From Malacoraja senta (lineage: Eukaryota): 64,000 bases of DNA. The position numbers were made by a program, and so were the translations under genes. The stretch lies in assembly GCA_038087875.1 (NCBI GenBank), contig CM075991.1:2418001-2482000 (forward strand), written 5' to 3'. Each line of letters starts with the position of its first letter. Position 1 is the first letter of the stretch. Below are positions 14,301 through 29,300 of the stretch, one piece after another. The notes beneath the pieces were generated by a model. The model did no database searches and was not told where the DNA came from. It worked only from the letters and a program-made list of their open reading frames with translations.

Positions 14301-17300
14301 ATTATGGAGAGGGTCAGAACTGGACCTAGGGTTGAGATTTTTGATTGGAGAAAGGCTAACTTTGAGGAGATGCGAAAGGATTTAAAAGGAGTGAATTGGG
14401 ACATGTTGTTTCATGGGAAGGATGTAGAAGAAAAATGGAGGACATTTAAGGGTGAAATTTTAAGAGTACAGAATCTTTATGTCCCTGTTCGGTTGAAAGG
14501 AAATAGTAAAAAATGGAAAGAGCCATGGTTTTCAAGGGAAATTGGACACTTGGTTCGGAAAAAGAGAGAGATCTACAATAATTATAGGCAGCATGGAGTA
14601 AATGAGGTGCTTGAGGAGTATAAAGAATGTAAAAAGAATATTAAGAAATAAATTAGAAAAGCTAAAAGATATGAGGTTGCTTTGGCAAGTAAGGTGAAAG
14701 TAAATCCAAAGGGTTTCTACAGCTATATTAATAGCAAAAAGATAACAAGGAATAAAATTGGTCCATTAGAGAGTCAGAGTGGACAGCTATCTGCAGAGCC
14801 AAGAGATGGGGGGAGATATTGAACAATTTCTTTTCTTCGGTATTCACCAAGGAGAAGGATATGGAATTATGTGAGGTAAGGGAAACAAGCAGAGTAGCAA
14901 TGGAAACTGTGAGATTCAAAGAAGAGGAGGTGCGGACACTTTTGAAAAACATGAAAACGGATAAGTCTCCAGGTCCTGACAGGATATTCCCTCGGACATT
15001 GAGGGAAGTTAGTGTAGAAATAGCAGGGGCTATGACAGAAATATTTCAAATGTCATTTGAAACGGGAATAGTGCCGGAGGATTGGCGTACTGCGCATGTT
15101 GTTCCGTTGTTTAAAAAGGGTTCGAAGAGTAAACCTAGCAATTATAGACCTGTTAGTTTGATGTCAGTGGTGGGCAAATTAATGGAAAGGATACTTAAAG
15201 ATAATATATATAAGCATCTGGATAAGCAGGGTCTGATTAGGAACAGTTAACATGGATTTGTGCCTGGAAGGTCATGCTTGACTAATCTTCTTGAATTTTT
15301 CGAAGAGGTTACTAGGGAAATTGATGAGGGTAAAGCAGTGGATGTTGTCTATATGGACTTCAGTAAGGCCTTTGACAAGGTTCCTCATGGAAGGTTGGTT
15401 AAGAAGATTCAATTGTTGGGTATTAATGGTGGAGTAGCAAGATGGATTCAACAGTGGCTGAATGGGAGATGCCAGAGAGTAATGGTGGATGGCTGTTTGT
15501 CAGGTTGGAGGCCGGTGACTAGTGGGGTGCCTCAGGGGTCTGTGTTGGGTCCACTGTTGTTTGTCATGTACATCAATGATCTGGATGATGGTGTGGAAAA
15601 TTGGATTAGTAAGTATGCAGATGATACTAAGATAGGTGGTGTTGTGGATAATGAAGTAGATTTTCAAAGTCTAGAGAGAGATTTAGGCCATTTGGAAGAG
15701 TGGGCTGAAAGATGGCAGATGGAGTTTAATGCTGACAAATGTGAGGTGCTATATCTCGGCAGGACAAATCAAAATAGGACGTACATGGTAAATGGTAGCG
15801 AATTGAGGAATGCAGTTGAACAGAGGGATCTAGGAATAACTGTGCATAGTTCCCTGAAGGTGGAATCTCATGTAGATAGGGTGGTAAAGAAAGCTTTTGG
15901 TGGGCTGGCCTTTATAAATCAGAGCATTGAATATAGAAGTTGGGATGTAATGTTAAAATTGTACAAGGCATTGGTGAGGCCAATTCTGGAGTATGGAGTA
16001 CAATTTTGGTCGCCTAATTATAGGAAGGATGTCAACAAAATTGAGAGAGTACAGAGGAGATTTACTAGAATGTTGCCTGGGTTTCAGCAACTAAGTTACA
16101 GAGAAAGGTTGAACAAGTTAGGTCTTTATTCTTTGGAGCGCAGAAGGTTAAGAGGGGACTTGATAGAGGTCTTTAAAATTATGAGCGGGTTAGACAGAGT
16201 GGACGTGGATAAGCTTTTCCCATTGAGAGTAGGGAAGATTCAAACAAGGGGACATGACTTGAGAATTAAGGGACAGAAGTTTAGGGGGAACTTCTTTACT
16301 CAGAGAGTGGTAGCTGTGTGGAATGAGCTTCCAGTGGAAGTGGTGAAGGCAGGTTCGATGTTATCCTTTAAAAATAGATTGGATGGGTATATGGACGGGA
16401 AAGGAATGGAGGGTTATGGTCTGAGTGCAGGTAGATGGGACTAGGGGGGAGTATTTATTATTATCATTATTATTTTTTTTTAATGTTCGGCACGGACTTG
16501 AAGGGCCGAGATGGCCTGTTTCCGTGCTGTTATGGTTATATGGAACAGTAACTGCAAGATTGGCATGTCTGTTCATTATTCCAGGATCACATTACCTGAT
16601 CCAACGCTGTTCCTGACCATTGACATTGCACCGATTACTTTGATTCCTCTGGGTTTCAGGACAGAAAGTACCTGCAGTTGGAGACAATTCAGATCAGAAA
16701 AGAGCAGGTAAAACTTCAGAGACAAAGGTGATCCCAATCTTGCACCCTAAATGGCTAAGTAGTGAAAGATTAAATTGCCGCAGCAATTAAATTCCTGCAC
16801 TTCAACCAACACCGACCTTACAGCACCCCCCCTCCACATCAACACTTCTCACTGCCTTGGAAAAGCAGCCGTCATAATCAAGAACCACTTACATCCTGGA
16901 CTTTTTCTCTTCTCCCCGCTCCCATCAAGCAGAAGATGAAAGTTTGAAAGCACATGCCACCAGATTCCGATTCAGCTTCTTTCCCACTGTTATCGGACTA
17001 CTAAACAGTCCTCTCATATGCCAAGATTGTGGCCGCCAATCTCCCAGCCCACCTCATTGCAGCATTTACAGTTTTTTAAAATCTGCCTTTCTACGGAACT
17101 GTAACACTAACACTGTACTCAGCACCTTGGTATTTTCCACGACCTGTTATGTTTGTGTCTGGCATGATTGTACTTGTGGATGGTATGATTTGAAAGCACA
17201 CAAGACAAAGCTTTTCACCGTCCACACATGACAATAAACCAATAGCAACACCAATCAATAGAGGAAGTGTGATTAGTAAGTTTGCTGATGACACGAACAT

Positions 17301-20300
17301 TTATGTCAGGAAAGCTACAGAATGATATTGTTCAGCTGATAAACTGAGCACGGAAATGGAATTTGATCTCAATGGGTGTGAGGTTTAGGCATTTTGGCTC
17401 AAATAAAAGTAGATTTACATGAGAAGTAGCAGCTTTACATGAGAAGTAGTTCTGAAGATTTACATTGAGAATTAAAATGGGATATTGCGGTACAAGATAC
17501 CTGAATGTGGCAGCACAGTGATGAAGGAGGCATACAGTTGCTTACCTTCATTAGCTTGAGCACAGGATGGAGAGCCAGGAAATCTTGTACAACCTTAATA
17601 AATATTGGCTAGGCCACGGATGGAATATAATGCACAGTTCTGGTTGACACTATAACATAGCAGAGGAAGCAGACAAGATTCACCCCAATGCTACCCAAGA
17701 AGAAACTGGATTGTCTGGGTTTGTTTTCCTTGGAGCTGAGGAAGCTGTAGTTGGGTGGGAATGGACCTGATAGTGGAGTACAAATGATGAGCGGCACAGA
17801 TAGAGTGTATAAATAAAAGACTTTTCCCCCCATGGCAGAGATGTCTAAGATAAGCAGGTGCAGCTTAACAGAGAAGAAGAGATTGAGGGATCGGGGAAGA
17901 AAACCTTTTCACCCAGAGGGTGGTTGGAGTCTAGGACATTCTAACTTCCATGTTATGCCACTTTCTCAACCACTCCCTACACAATCGGGACAATTTACAG
18001 AGGCCAATTAACCTACACATCTTTCGGATGAGAGAGGAACCCGGAACACCCAAAGGAAACCCACATGGTCACATATACATGGGTATTTGGTTGGCAGGGA
18101 CATTAAAGGATCATGAGGGCAGCCAAACTACAAACATATAACAATGAAATTATCCATTAGCCCAGTGTTGCAAGACATGTCCGAACTATGCAACATGTGC
18201 TTTAAATATTGAATTAGATTTATTGACATTTTGACATTAGCATTCCACGGTTTCCTTTCAAGGATGGTTAGTGATCTTTAATACAGCAATCAGTATTATG
18301 TGACTGACAGTGTCATCTCTGTTGGAACCACTCTGAAAGCGATACACCAGTGGGAACAGCATAGTTAAAGAATGGCTGAGGCAAGTTATGGACTAACTTA
18401 AATGATGAATTGGAGATGATGCCTTGTACCTGGAAGAGCCCAGCAACAGCAGCAGCTCCACATTTGTCTCTGTGCATTCCTGCCATAATACCACCAGCTT
18501 TGATGTCGGCGCCACCAGTATCATACGTTACTCCCTAGAGGGCAAAACATTTTTACAACTGTATAACTGATATCCACTGGTCAATCCAAATACAACAAAT
18601 TTTGTGAACCATTCCACAAAAATACACACTTTTCTTACAATAGATTTGCTCAAATCCTTGATTGATAGTAGTTCATAACATATGTTTTTATTTTATACAG
18701 GACCCTTCCACACAGCACAATCTGAAAGACTGTTTGAGTTATTGATTACTTAAACAGTTTTAAATCCAATTAATTAGTATGTCTTTGCATTTTGCCTTAA
18801 GGGGGAGGAGGGTGGGTAGAGGGAGAGGAGGGGGAAGTGGGGGAGGCAGGGAGTGGGGGATAGATAGAGGGCAGTGGGGGAGGGCAATAGGGGGAGTGGG
18901 ATAGAGGAGAGGTGAGGAGTGGGGGTGCAGATGATAAAGGGAAAGGAGAGGGTAGGGAGAGGGGTTATGGAGGGAGGGGGTGATTGAGGGTTGGGGAAAG
19001 GAGAGGGAGAGGTGAGGGATGGAGTGGGAAATAAGAGGGAGGGTGATGAGGAGGGGGTGCTGGGGATGAGGGGAATGGAGGATAGGGCTAGGAAGAAGGA
19101 TGGCAAGGTAATGGAGGAGGGGAGGGGGAAGAGGAAGGAGGGGAGGAGGGAGGAGAAGAGGGAGGAGGGGTGAGGGGAGGAAGCAGAGGGGGGTTGGTGG
19201 AGGGTGAGGAGAGGGAGGAGGGGAACAGGGGACTGAAGAGGGAGAGTGAGATGCGTTCACATTGATCTTATATTTTACAGGTTATTGCCATTTTGAAGTT
19301 TAAAAACGCCGCAATCGGGCTCCCAATTGGCGGCCGTGCCTGCGCAGTTGGGGAGGGCTGCCGTGACTCGCATCAGAACAGGTATATCTGGCGTCATAAC
19401 GGGAACCCGTCAGCCGCGCCTGAGCAATTGGGGGCTATGGGTGAGTGGTGGAATATTGCCCAATGGGTCCAATATAGTTTCTATATTAAAAACCGCGGAA
19501 ATCTGCTTTTAGGAAACCAAGTCCCCTAATTCTTCATCGCAATATAGATCGAGCACTGAAGGATTAGCTTCTGCTCAGCACCCTTTCTAATGCCACAAAA
19601 AGTACTTGTGTGACACTCCTGCCATCAGGGCAGGAGTCTGAAAACTAACATCCAAGTTCTGGAACAGCTTCTTCCAAACAACCAGACTATTGAACACTAT
19701 GGACTCCAACTAAACAAACTGCCTTGGTTGCACTAGGGACTGCTGGCTTGGTTTAATTTTGCACTAAATTGATTTTATTTTTGTTTGAACTTTTTTCCCC
19801 ATAGTTTTTAAAAATTATATAACCTTTTTAAATACTGTGTTTACAAACCTGTAGTGCGTCTGCAAGTAAGAACTTCATTGTTCTGTTTCAGTACATATGA
19901 CAATGAAACACTCAACTATTTTCTCTCGTGATTTGAATGAAGCACAATGGCTTCGTGGATAATCTTAACATAATAGGTGCAAATTTCATAGACATTGGTC
20001 TCTGCAGAACAAAATTAAGGTGGCATCAATTCTACATGAACTGAGGCATAGCAGGGGGTGGGAGGTGGGGTCATGCTAGAATTGTACATACCATTTATGG
20101 ACAAACTGGAGTACACTGTAAGTTCTAGTCACTACACTATTGGTGGGATGACAACACGAGAGGGCATAGAGGAGGTTTGAAGTTACTAGATCTGAAGAAA
20201 TGGGAGACTGACTACACCCTGGTGATTTCTTTGAACAAAATAGACTGGGCAAATGGTGAGGGATTTAATCAAAGTATGTAATGAGAGGCCCAAAAACGAT

Positions 20301-23300
20301 CAGCATGGATGGATCGTGTCCTTGTCAGAGAGGGCATAGACAAGGCCAAGTTAATTGGTAGAAATAATTAGAGATGAGTTTCCCATCTCTGCCCACCCAT
20401 ATTCAAAGTGTTGTGGGTTGGGGCTTGGTAGGGTTATCAGGACACACCTACCACAGGACTTGAAGTGGCACAATCTACTTAATTATAGCTCAAGAGCTAA
20501 ACATTGTAAGCCTTGCCAGCCTGAAGAAACTGCCTCCACCCGAGCCAAAACACAAAATTCTATCATTTATAATTAAGGGACTATAGACAATAGACAATAG
20601 GTGCACGAGTAGGCCATTTGGCCCTTCGAGCCAGCACCGCCATTCAATGTGATCATGGCTGATCAAATCTCTGCTCTCCAACCGCAGGTTCAGAGTTCAC
20701 CTTGGACAGAACAAGAGTGCATGGAGAACATAGAAGAATGGGCTCCCGCAAGGGTCAGTTTTAGCCCCAACCTTGTTCAACCTTTACACAAATGACCTAC
20801 CCACCACCAAATCCTGCAAATTCATCTATGCAGATGACATCTGTTTGGCCTTCCAAGCACCAGATTTTGGTACATTGGAACAGGTGCTCAATGAAGACCT
20901 TGCTAAACTAGACGAGTACTGCAAAACCTGGCGCCTAAAACCAAGCCCAGAAAAAACGGTCTCCAGTGTGTTCCACCTCCATAATGCAGAAGCCACAAGA
21001 GAACCAAACATCTATCTGAGCAGGACCAAACTGAAGTATGCCCCCACTCCAACCTACCTCAGAGTGACCCTTGACAGGACCCTATCCTTCAAGGAACATC
21101 TCAAAAGAACAGCAGCTAAGGTGAAGTCCAGAAACAATCTCCTCAGTAAGCTTGTTGGCTCAAAGTGGGGGGCAGCAGCCCCCACACTGCGCATTTCAGC
21201 ACTAGCCCTTGCATTTTCTTCAGCCGAATATTGCGCCCCTGTTTGGTCCAGGTCATCCCACACACACCATGTGGACACCCAATTGAACTCAACAATGAGG
21301 ATCATCACTGGAACAATCCGCTCAACACCACTCCCCTGGCTCCCTGTCCTATCCAATATAGCCCCTCCACACATCCGGCGAGTAGCCCTCACTCAAAGGA
21401 TGCTCCAAAAGACCAAAAACTCCCCTCATCTGCCAATTCACATGAACATCTTCAACCCACCCACTGCTCGACTTCCATCTAGACGACCAATTTGGAAGAA
21501 CCCACCACCAGCCGATTTCACCACCCAATCAGCTTGGAAAAAGGAATGGGAGTCCAAGGACGTCCCAAATAAACATCTGGTGTCAGACCCAACCCTACCG
21601 GTCCCTGGCACCAATCTCCCAAGGAAACAGTGGACGACGCTGAATAGATTCAGGACTGGACATGGCCCCTGCTTGGCCAGCCTTCACAAATGGGGCAGCA
21701 GCCCAACCCCACGGTGTGCTTGTGGAGAGCAGCAAACAATGCAACACATCATTGAAGCATGCCCTCAAAAAAGACTTAAAGGAGGACTTGTCACCCTTCA
21801 TACAGCAGATCAAGAGGCAACTGCTTGGCTAAAGGACTTTGCATTCGCTAAATTAAAAAAATCATGGCTGATCATCCCCAATCAGTACCCCGTTCCTGCT
21901 TTCTCCCCATATCCCCTGACTCCGCTATTTTTAAGAGCCCTATCTAGCTCTCTCTTGAAAGCATCCAGAGAACCTGCCTCCACCGCCCTCTGAGGCAGAG
22001 ACTTCCACAGACTCACCACTCTCTGTGAGAAAAAGTGTTTCCTCGTCTCCGTTCTAAATGGTTTAATCCTTATTCTTAAACTGTAGCCCCTGGTTCTGGA
22101 CTCCCCCAACATCGGGAACATGTTTCCTGCCTCTAGCGTGTACAAGCCCAGCTGCTCCATTCTCTCAGCATATGACAGTCCCGCCATCCCTGGAATTAAC
22201 CTTGTAACCCTACGCTGCACTCCCTCAATAGCAAGAATGTCCTTCCTCAAATTAGCGGACCAAAATTGCACACAATACTCCAGGTGTGGTCTCACTAGGG
22301 CTCTGTACAACTGCAGAATTACCTCTTTGCTCCCATATTCGATTCCTCTTGTTATAAAGGCCAACATGCCATTCGCTTTCTTCACTGCCTGCTGGCGTGT
22401 CCTCTAATGTGGGCTCTAATGTAAAACTAGTCTCAATGGCAAATCAAAAAGTACAGGTGACGGAGATCTAATATAAACACAATGCCAGACACGACAAGTC
22501 AGGCAACATCTATGGAAGGAGAAACAGTTAACCTTTCAGATGCTGCCTGATCAGTTTAGTCTTTCCAGCTACTTTCCAACTTTTAATTTCAGTTCAGACC
22601 AATTAAATTAAAATCAAAGTCTATTTAACGCGGATAGGTATGCAAAATTAAATATGATGATAAAAACATTACAAGCATGATTCAAAGCAACGATGAGATA
22701 ACCACAGGCTATTAAACATTCTTATACCTTGCCAACAAACAGGAGTGTTTTTTCTGTGGCACCTTCTCCAGTATATTCCAGCTCAATAACCCGTGCTTGA
22801 TGACGTGCAACATCTGCAGTGATTTTTATTTTGAGAGGGGGTGGAAAAGAAAGCCACATTTTTAAAATATCGCCCTTTGGTCTATTAGATGGTTACATAT
22901 GATCTAACTTAAATGCAAGAACCTAATGGTAATTAGTTTTAAACAGATCATTATAAAATTCAATTACTTAAGTACCAGAATTTCATTCCGATACTTCAGA
23001 TTAGAAATTATTCACTCGTGAAAAAAATTGCAGTGAGACAGAACGAAATTGCAACATTGTCTGAAGCGATCTTGCATAACATTGAGAACAGTCATAAACT
23101 GAAATTTTATGAATTCAAATTCAAAGCTGCAGAATACCCACAGTGAATAGTTATTATTTCAACAAGATAAAGCATTCAACGTTTACTTCTTTGTTTATAG
23201 AGTTGATGGTGGAAATATATTAGGGCGACACAAGGGTGCAGTTAGTAGAGCTGTTGCCTCAAGGAGAGACCCGGATTTGATCCTGACCTCGTGCCCTTCT

Positions 23301-26300
23301 GTGTGGTTTGCACCTTCTCCCCTTGACTGCATGGGTTTCATCCAGGTGTTCTAATTTCCTCCCATATGCCAAGAACGTGCCATTTGTAGGTCCTTATCCA
23401 TTATTGGCTTATTAGAAAAATAGGCATTAAAGGGACATTAAATCTCTCTAGTGGTCCATTATACCACATCAAATACATAATCCCTGCTTCCTACCAAATT
23501 GATAAAACACGATTTTGGCCTAAAATCTGTGTTGCCTTGCCCAACTTCATTGATTAGACCACTGCTGGAGTACTGCATGTAGCTCCAGTCACCACAGTAT
23601 AGGAGAGAAGAAGATAGAGCTGGAAAGGGTTCAAAGGAGATTCACCAAGATGTTGCTTGGGATGGTGTTTCAATTATGAGGAGACATTAGAAAGGGTGGG
23701 TCTGCCTTCCCTGGAGGAGAGGAAGTTAAAAGGAGCCACAACTGAGATATACAACTATGAAGGGTATCGTATAGTTGTAATAACTAGAAATGTTGATAGT
23801 TCCTTTCCCCTCAACAGATGTTGCTCAACCTGCTGAGTTCTTCCAGCAGATTGCTTGCTTCATAGATAAAATCAGAGGACATAGATTTAGGGTTAGGGGT
23901 AAGAGTATCAGAAAGGATCTTATGGGGACCCTGATAACCCAGAGACTGGCAGTACCTCAAATGCACTGCCGAGAGTGGCAGAAGCAGAATTGCTGGCAGC
24001 AATTAAGTGTAGGGATGAGCATTTGAATTACCTGGACATAAAAGGACAAGTACAGGAAGATGTGATTAATATGGATGAATACCCAATGGTTAACATGGAC
24101 GTCATGGGCCAATAAACCATTTCCACAACATTTAATAAACTCTCTGTCTTCACTATCTTGAAAGCATTTTCTTCCTTGCTGGATACAGATGCAAAGTACT
24201 TTTCCCTTGGCATCGACACGCAACTTCTCCTTTTGCCCTTAACCCCACTTGTCAACATACTTCCCTTTTTACTACTTATATTCCTGTAGAACATTCATGG
24301 AATATCATGCATGCTAACATTTTCTTTCACTGCCTCATATTAGTTTTCACTTCCCTTCTAATTCTTTTGAACCAAGGAAATAACAACAGTACTAACTCCA
24401 ATTTCCATACCAGGATTACAGAATCGCGTGATTAGAATTCTTTTTTTAATCAGAAAATTCACCACGCTATTTCCATGACTAATCTTACCTTTGGCACAGC
24501 GATTGACTGCTGCCAAGCATGGGTATTTCTCCTGTAGAGTTGCTACATCGCTAGTTACTGATACCTGACAACAAAAGAGATCAACAATTCAGAGACAGGG
24601 ACTGCAGATACTGGAATCTGGAGCAAGAAACAATCTTCTGGAGTAACTCAGTGGATCAAGTAGTCTTGATACAGGGTTTCAACCTGAACCGCCAACCATT
24701 CCCTTCTATCCACAGATGCTGCTTGACCCAGCAGATTCTTTGTAGATTAATTATTTAAATTGAAGGGAATAGGGTAGGGAATCAAAAACGAGAGGACATC
24801 GGTTTAAGGCGAGGGGGTCAAGATTTAGTACAAACCTGAGGGGCATCTTTTTCACTCAGAGGTTGGTGGGTATTTGGATCGAGCTCCCAGAGGAGATAGT
24901 TGAGGCAGCTACTTTTACAGCATTTAAAGGACATTTGGACAGGTATGTGCTATGGAAATGCTTAGAGGGATATGGGCCAAAAGTGGACAAATAGGACTAG
25001 CTTAGATGGGGGAACCTTGGTCAGCATGGACGAGTTCGGCTGAAGGGCATGTTTCTGTGCTGTACGACAAGCTGGCTTTGAACATCCACTAGGATTATTT
25101 GATTTTACAGTATTAAAGTGCCAGAAGCAAATAGCACATCACATTTCAGGTCAGAACAACATAAAAGGCAACATCATTAAAACCAATCTTTATTTTTTAT
25201 AAAAGTCAATGAAAACATTTTTACCCATTTCTGTTGTTAACTTGGTACCTGGATGGGAAAGGTAGAACCAAACACAGGCAAACACAGGGCCAAACACAGG
25301 CAAATCTGACTAACAGATGGGGTAAACTTGGTGGCCATGGTTGGTCCGAAGGACTTGTTTCTGTGCCATATGACTAACTCCATCAAAAGCTTCAACTTTC
25401 ATCATTCAAATGGATATCCATGCAATTGGCAAAAAGGGGATCTGACATAAGATGCACAGATTTGTAGGTTAATTGGCCTCTGAATTGCCCTTCATGTGTA
25501 GGAAGTGGATGAAAAAGTAGGACAACATAGAATTTAATACGATCTAAACTTCACCCACCCTTTGGGTAGAAAAGACTTCAGGGAAATTGAATCATTTGGA
25601 CTTCTTTCAACTGGCATACAAAGGAATAAAGAAATAAAGAGCTGACATGTTTAAGAAGGAACTGCAGATGCTGGAAAATCGAAGGTAGAAAAAAGTGCTG
25701 GAGAAACTCAGCGGGTGCGGCAGCATCTATGGAGCGAAGGAAATAGGCAACGTTTCGGGCCAAAACCCTTCTTCAGACAAATAAACCCTTCTTCGGGCAA
25801 ATAAAGAGCTGAACTATTCCTGCCCTCTAAATGAATTTGGCATCAGTTTCCAAAATGTATAATATGAAAGCAGAAAATAAAATGTTCAATAGTTTTAAAA
25901 CAAATATATGGTATTGAAGCAAACACTTACAGAGACAACAGAATTACGAAAAATATTCTGAACATAGGCAGCCACATTTGGTGCAGCCATTCGCTCTGGA
26001 TCAGATCCACCAATATCTCTGCATACGGTTCTGGAAAGAGATAATTTTAACTCGAGCAACAAATCTTCAGGCAGGCAACTCATTAAATGAACATTTAAAA
26101 GGAATCAAATGAATCTCTGGACTTTCAGTTTATAACTGCACTGCTATTTTTATATGAAGTTTTTTTTAACATGGATTTCACTCCAGACAGAAGGAATAAA
26201 ACAGGATCAATTTTAACTAGTTTCAGCTCAGTTCATCACAGGCACAGCCCTCCACATCCAAAAAATCTGCAAGACTCTACATCTTGAGTAATGCCGTCTT

Positions 26301-29300
26301 CTCACTGTTACTATCGGGCAAGTACCACAGACGTCTATACCAACTGGTCCAGAAAAAAATACTTTCCCACATCTTTCAGGTTCTTGAACCAATCTGCATG
26401 CCCTTAATTCCACCTCAACAATGGAACACAACAGTCCACCTCTGACACAAACAGACTTTCTTCAAATTACTTTTTTGCCTTACTGTCTTACTTTTTTTTA
26501 TTTGCAGTCTTCTTTCTTTTAGAAATGGTGTAATTTGTTTTGTTTGTCCTAGTCTATGTGCCCGTGATGCTGCTACAAGTAGGTTTTCATTATACCTATA
26601 CCTCCCTGCAGTTAAGCATGGCAATAACTTAAATGTCACATAATTTGACACGATAATACTTCTGAAAACCGTGCTACTTGGAACATTTGAGATTACTTTT
26701 CCAGATTATAACAAAACAAATATATTGTATTGAAGCGAACACTTAGAGAGGACAGAATTACGAAAAAATATTCTGAACATAGTCATTCTTCAAATATACC
26801 ATGTAAAAAACCTTCATGCAGTTATGCTACCTTAATCCAAAAAGTGAGGCCTCAGTTTGCTAATTAGTTTACGTTTTGATGGCGATTCCATCGTTACATA
26901 TTTTATGCAACCTTTTAACTTTGTCACCATTCGGTATTGCTGACCTGCCTTGTTCCAGTGCTGAGGCCATTTGTTCAAGTTTCTTCCCTTCCTCCTCACT
27001 GGAGGCCCACACACCGAGACAGTCTACTTTGGTGGCCTTTTCTTTGAGTGCTTCACGGATTTCCAATGGCTGCAACATATCATCATAGGAACAGGTTTAG
27101 TTAACTAGGCACGAAAACTTTGAGTGTAATTTTAAATGATTCATAATGTATAAGAGCAACCAAATTAAGACAGAAGTATAGATATTTTACTTCAGCAGAC
27201 TACAATGGAGAAATATTTCATGGAAACATCTCCCGTTCATTCTGCCTCCCAAAATATTAATTGTAGTTTGTCCATTTATCCTCATCAAACACCGCACAGA
27301 GCAATCCCAAGAAAATCGCAAAGCAAAAATGAAATGAAGATGAACCAGGAATAAAAGATGACAGGGAATCAACTTGAAGCTTTAACCATTTATTTTTCTA
27401 AAAGATACGACCTGACCTATTGCGTATCGCCAACAGGTATGCTTTAATCCACAGGTAATGAGCAACATGCAGAATTCACAGTGCTGTCCTGGTACATTCA
27501 AAGTCAATTTTATTCGTCACATACACACCGAAGGTGCAATGAAATGAATTTGCCAGCAGCGATCATTAGAAAATAAAATACAGTATAGGTACAGTCCCAT
27601 CAGCATATTTACTTACGACATATAAAGCCTGCAGAGCTCCAAGCACAGACACCAAGGAAGCATCTTTGAACAATCCTTCTGGGGGACACACCAAGAGGGG
27701 CCTTTTCATACCGGCCTTCAGAGCACTGGGGAATATAAAGTTGAGAATGTAACAATGTCACATGTGAAACACAAATCATTAACAGAAACTAACAATCTTT
27801 ACATTTTTGTAGTTCAAAATGACAGGAAGTAGATACAAGACAAAATGCTTTCTGCAAAATGCCAAAGATTTTCATTTGAAGTCCAAGGTAAATAAAAATT
27901 GAGATAAATGTACTGTCATGAGAGAAAATAAACAAATGCTGATTTCACCATATTTATACACTTTGCAAACTAATTCACAAGGGATCATTGATTTCAGTCT
28001 ACCCGGACCCCAATTTGTTATAGGCAATGCAATCTAGAACATGGAAGAAAGCTTCATGACATGATACCGTTTGATGCCATTGACAGCCGCATCACTGAAT
28101 CTCCGCACGTCATCGTAATCTCTATTGAGAGGTCCAGTTGGTGAAAAGATCTATAAAAGATAAGTTTGGATAGTTAACAATTACTATGTTGGGGGGAGGG
28201 GTTCGTTGCCAATATATTAATCAGTAATATCGTGATATAAAAATCATAATTCACCAAAAAGACCCACTATGTCAATGAATCCTTTATTCCTGGCTACAAT
28301 CCAGTAAATCTGTGCATCATACGCTGCATGGTACTCCAATTGAGTTTTAACTAAAGTCTTGAATTTCAGCACAACTTTCTCATTTTTGTACTCTGTCACC
28401 AAAGTCTTTTTGATTCCTTCCATCTTCAACAATATAAAAATAATCTCTGGGCCGTTTCTGAACTCTAAAATTAAAACATCTAATTTGTGTCCCTCACCTT
28501 TAACCTTTTCTACTAAAATGAATCAATCTACACTTTTATTACATTTATAAATTTGATTTATTCCTTCAAATTACAAATCCACAAACATATGCCCATTATA
28601 GCCAAAAGAGTAACGGCTGGGGTTTTCATAGCTATCCTTAAAAGATCAGAGGGCAGCCCCTTAATCTAAAACGTGGTCAGCACTAGTTTTATTTCTGCCC
28701 CTTTTCGATTCCGTATCCTTGCAGCCACTGTACTTTGAACCCCTGACCTTATTTCATCCTTATGTCTGTGGCACTGCATCAAAAGCCATTTGAAGGATAC
28801 AAATACACACAATTAACATTCACAATTTCATATTGAACATAGAAACATACAGCACAAGAACAGGCTGTTCAGTCCACAAAGTCTGTGCCAAGAAAAAATA
28901 ACCAGAGGTTCAGTAATAGGGCTGTCACTAGCACCACTCTCTATGTAAAAGAATGGTCTTGCACACCAGTAAACGTTGCTCCTCTGATCTTAAAGCTGTG
29001 CCCTCTAGTTTTTTTTTTTTAAACACTCTGGGGAAAAAGATTGCCTAGTATGCCTCTCAATTCTATCAGGTCTCCACTGAACCTCCAGCATTCCAGAGAA
29101 AAAAAACAAATGTCTTCAAACTCTCCTTGCAATTAATACCCTCTAATCCAGGCAGCCTCTGGTGAACCTCTTCTGCACCCTCCAAATCCTTCCTGCAATG
29201 GGGCAAATAGAACTGCACACAATACTGAAGATGCAGCCAAAATCTTGTAGAGCTGCTTCATGACTTCCCAACTCGTAGACGCAATGCCCCAACCATATGC

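Noticed and set aside
13577..16444. Active full-length LINE or domesticated RT gene
   Set aside because: ORF2 is broken by frameshifts and a stop, ORF1 is essentially absent, and ORF 13577 starts inside a nested Penelope fragment
18760..19260. Pro/Leu-rich ORFs
   Set aside because: Translation of the purine/pyrimidine tract
20773..21993. 406-aa ORF as one protein
   Set aside because: It lacks the N-terminal RT and endonuclease, and the C-terminal tail beyond 21860 is read-through into antisense CR1
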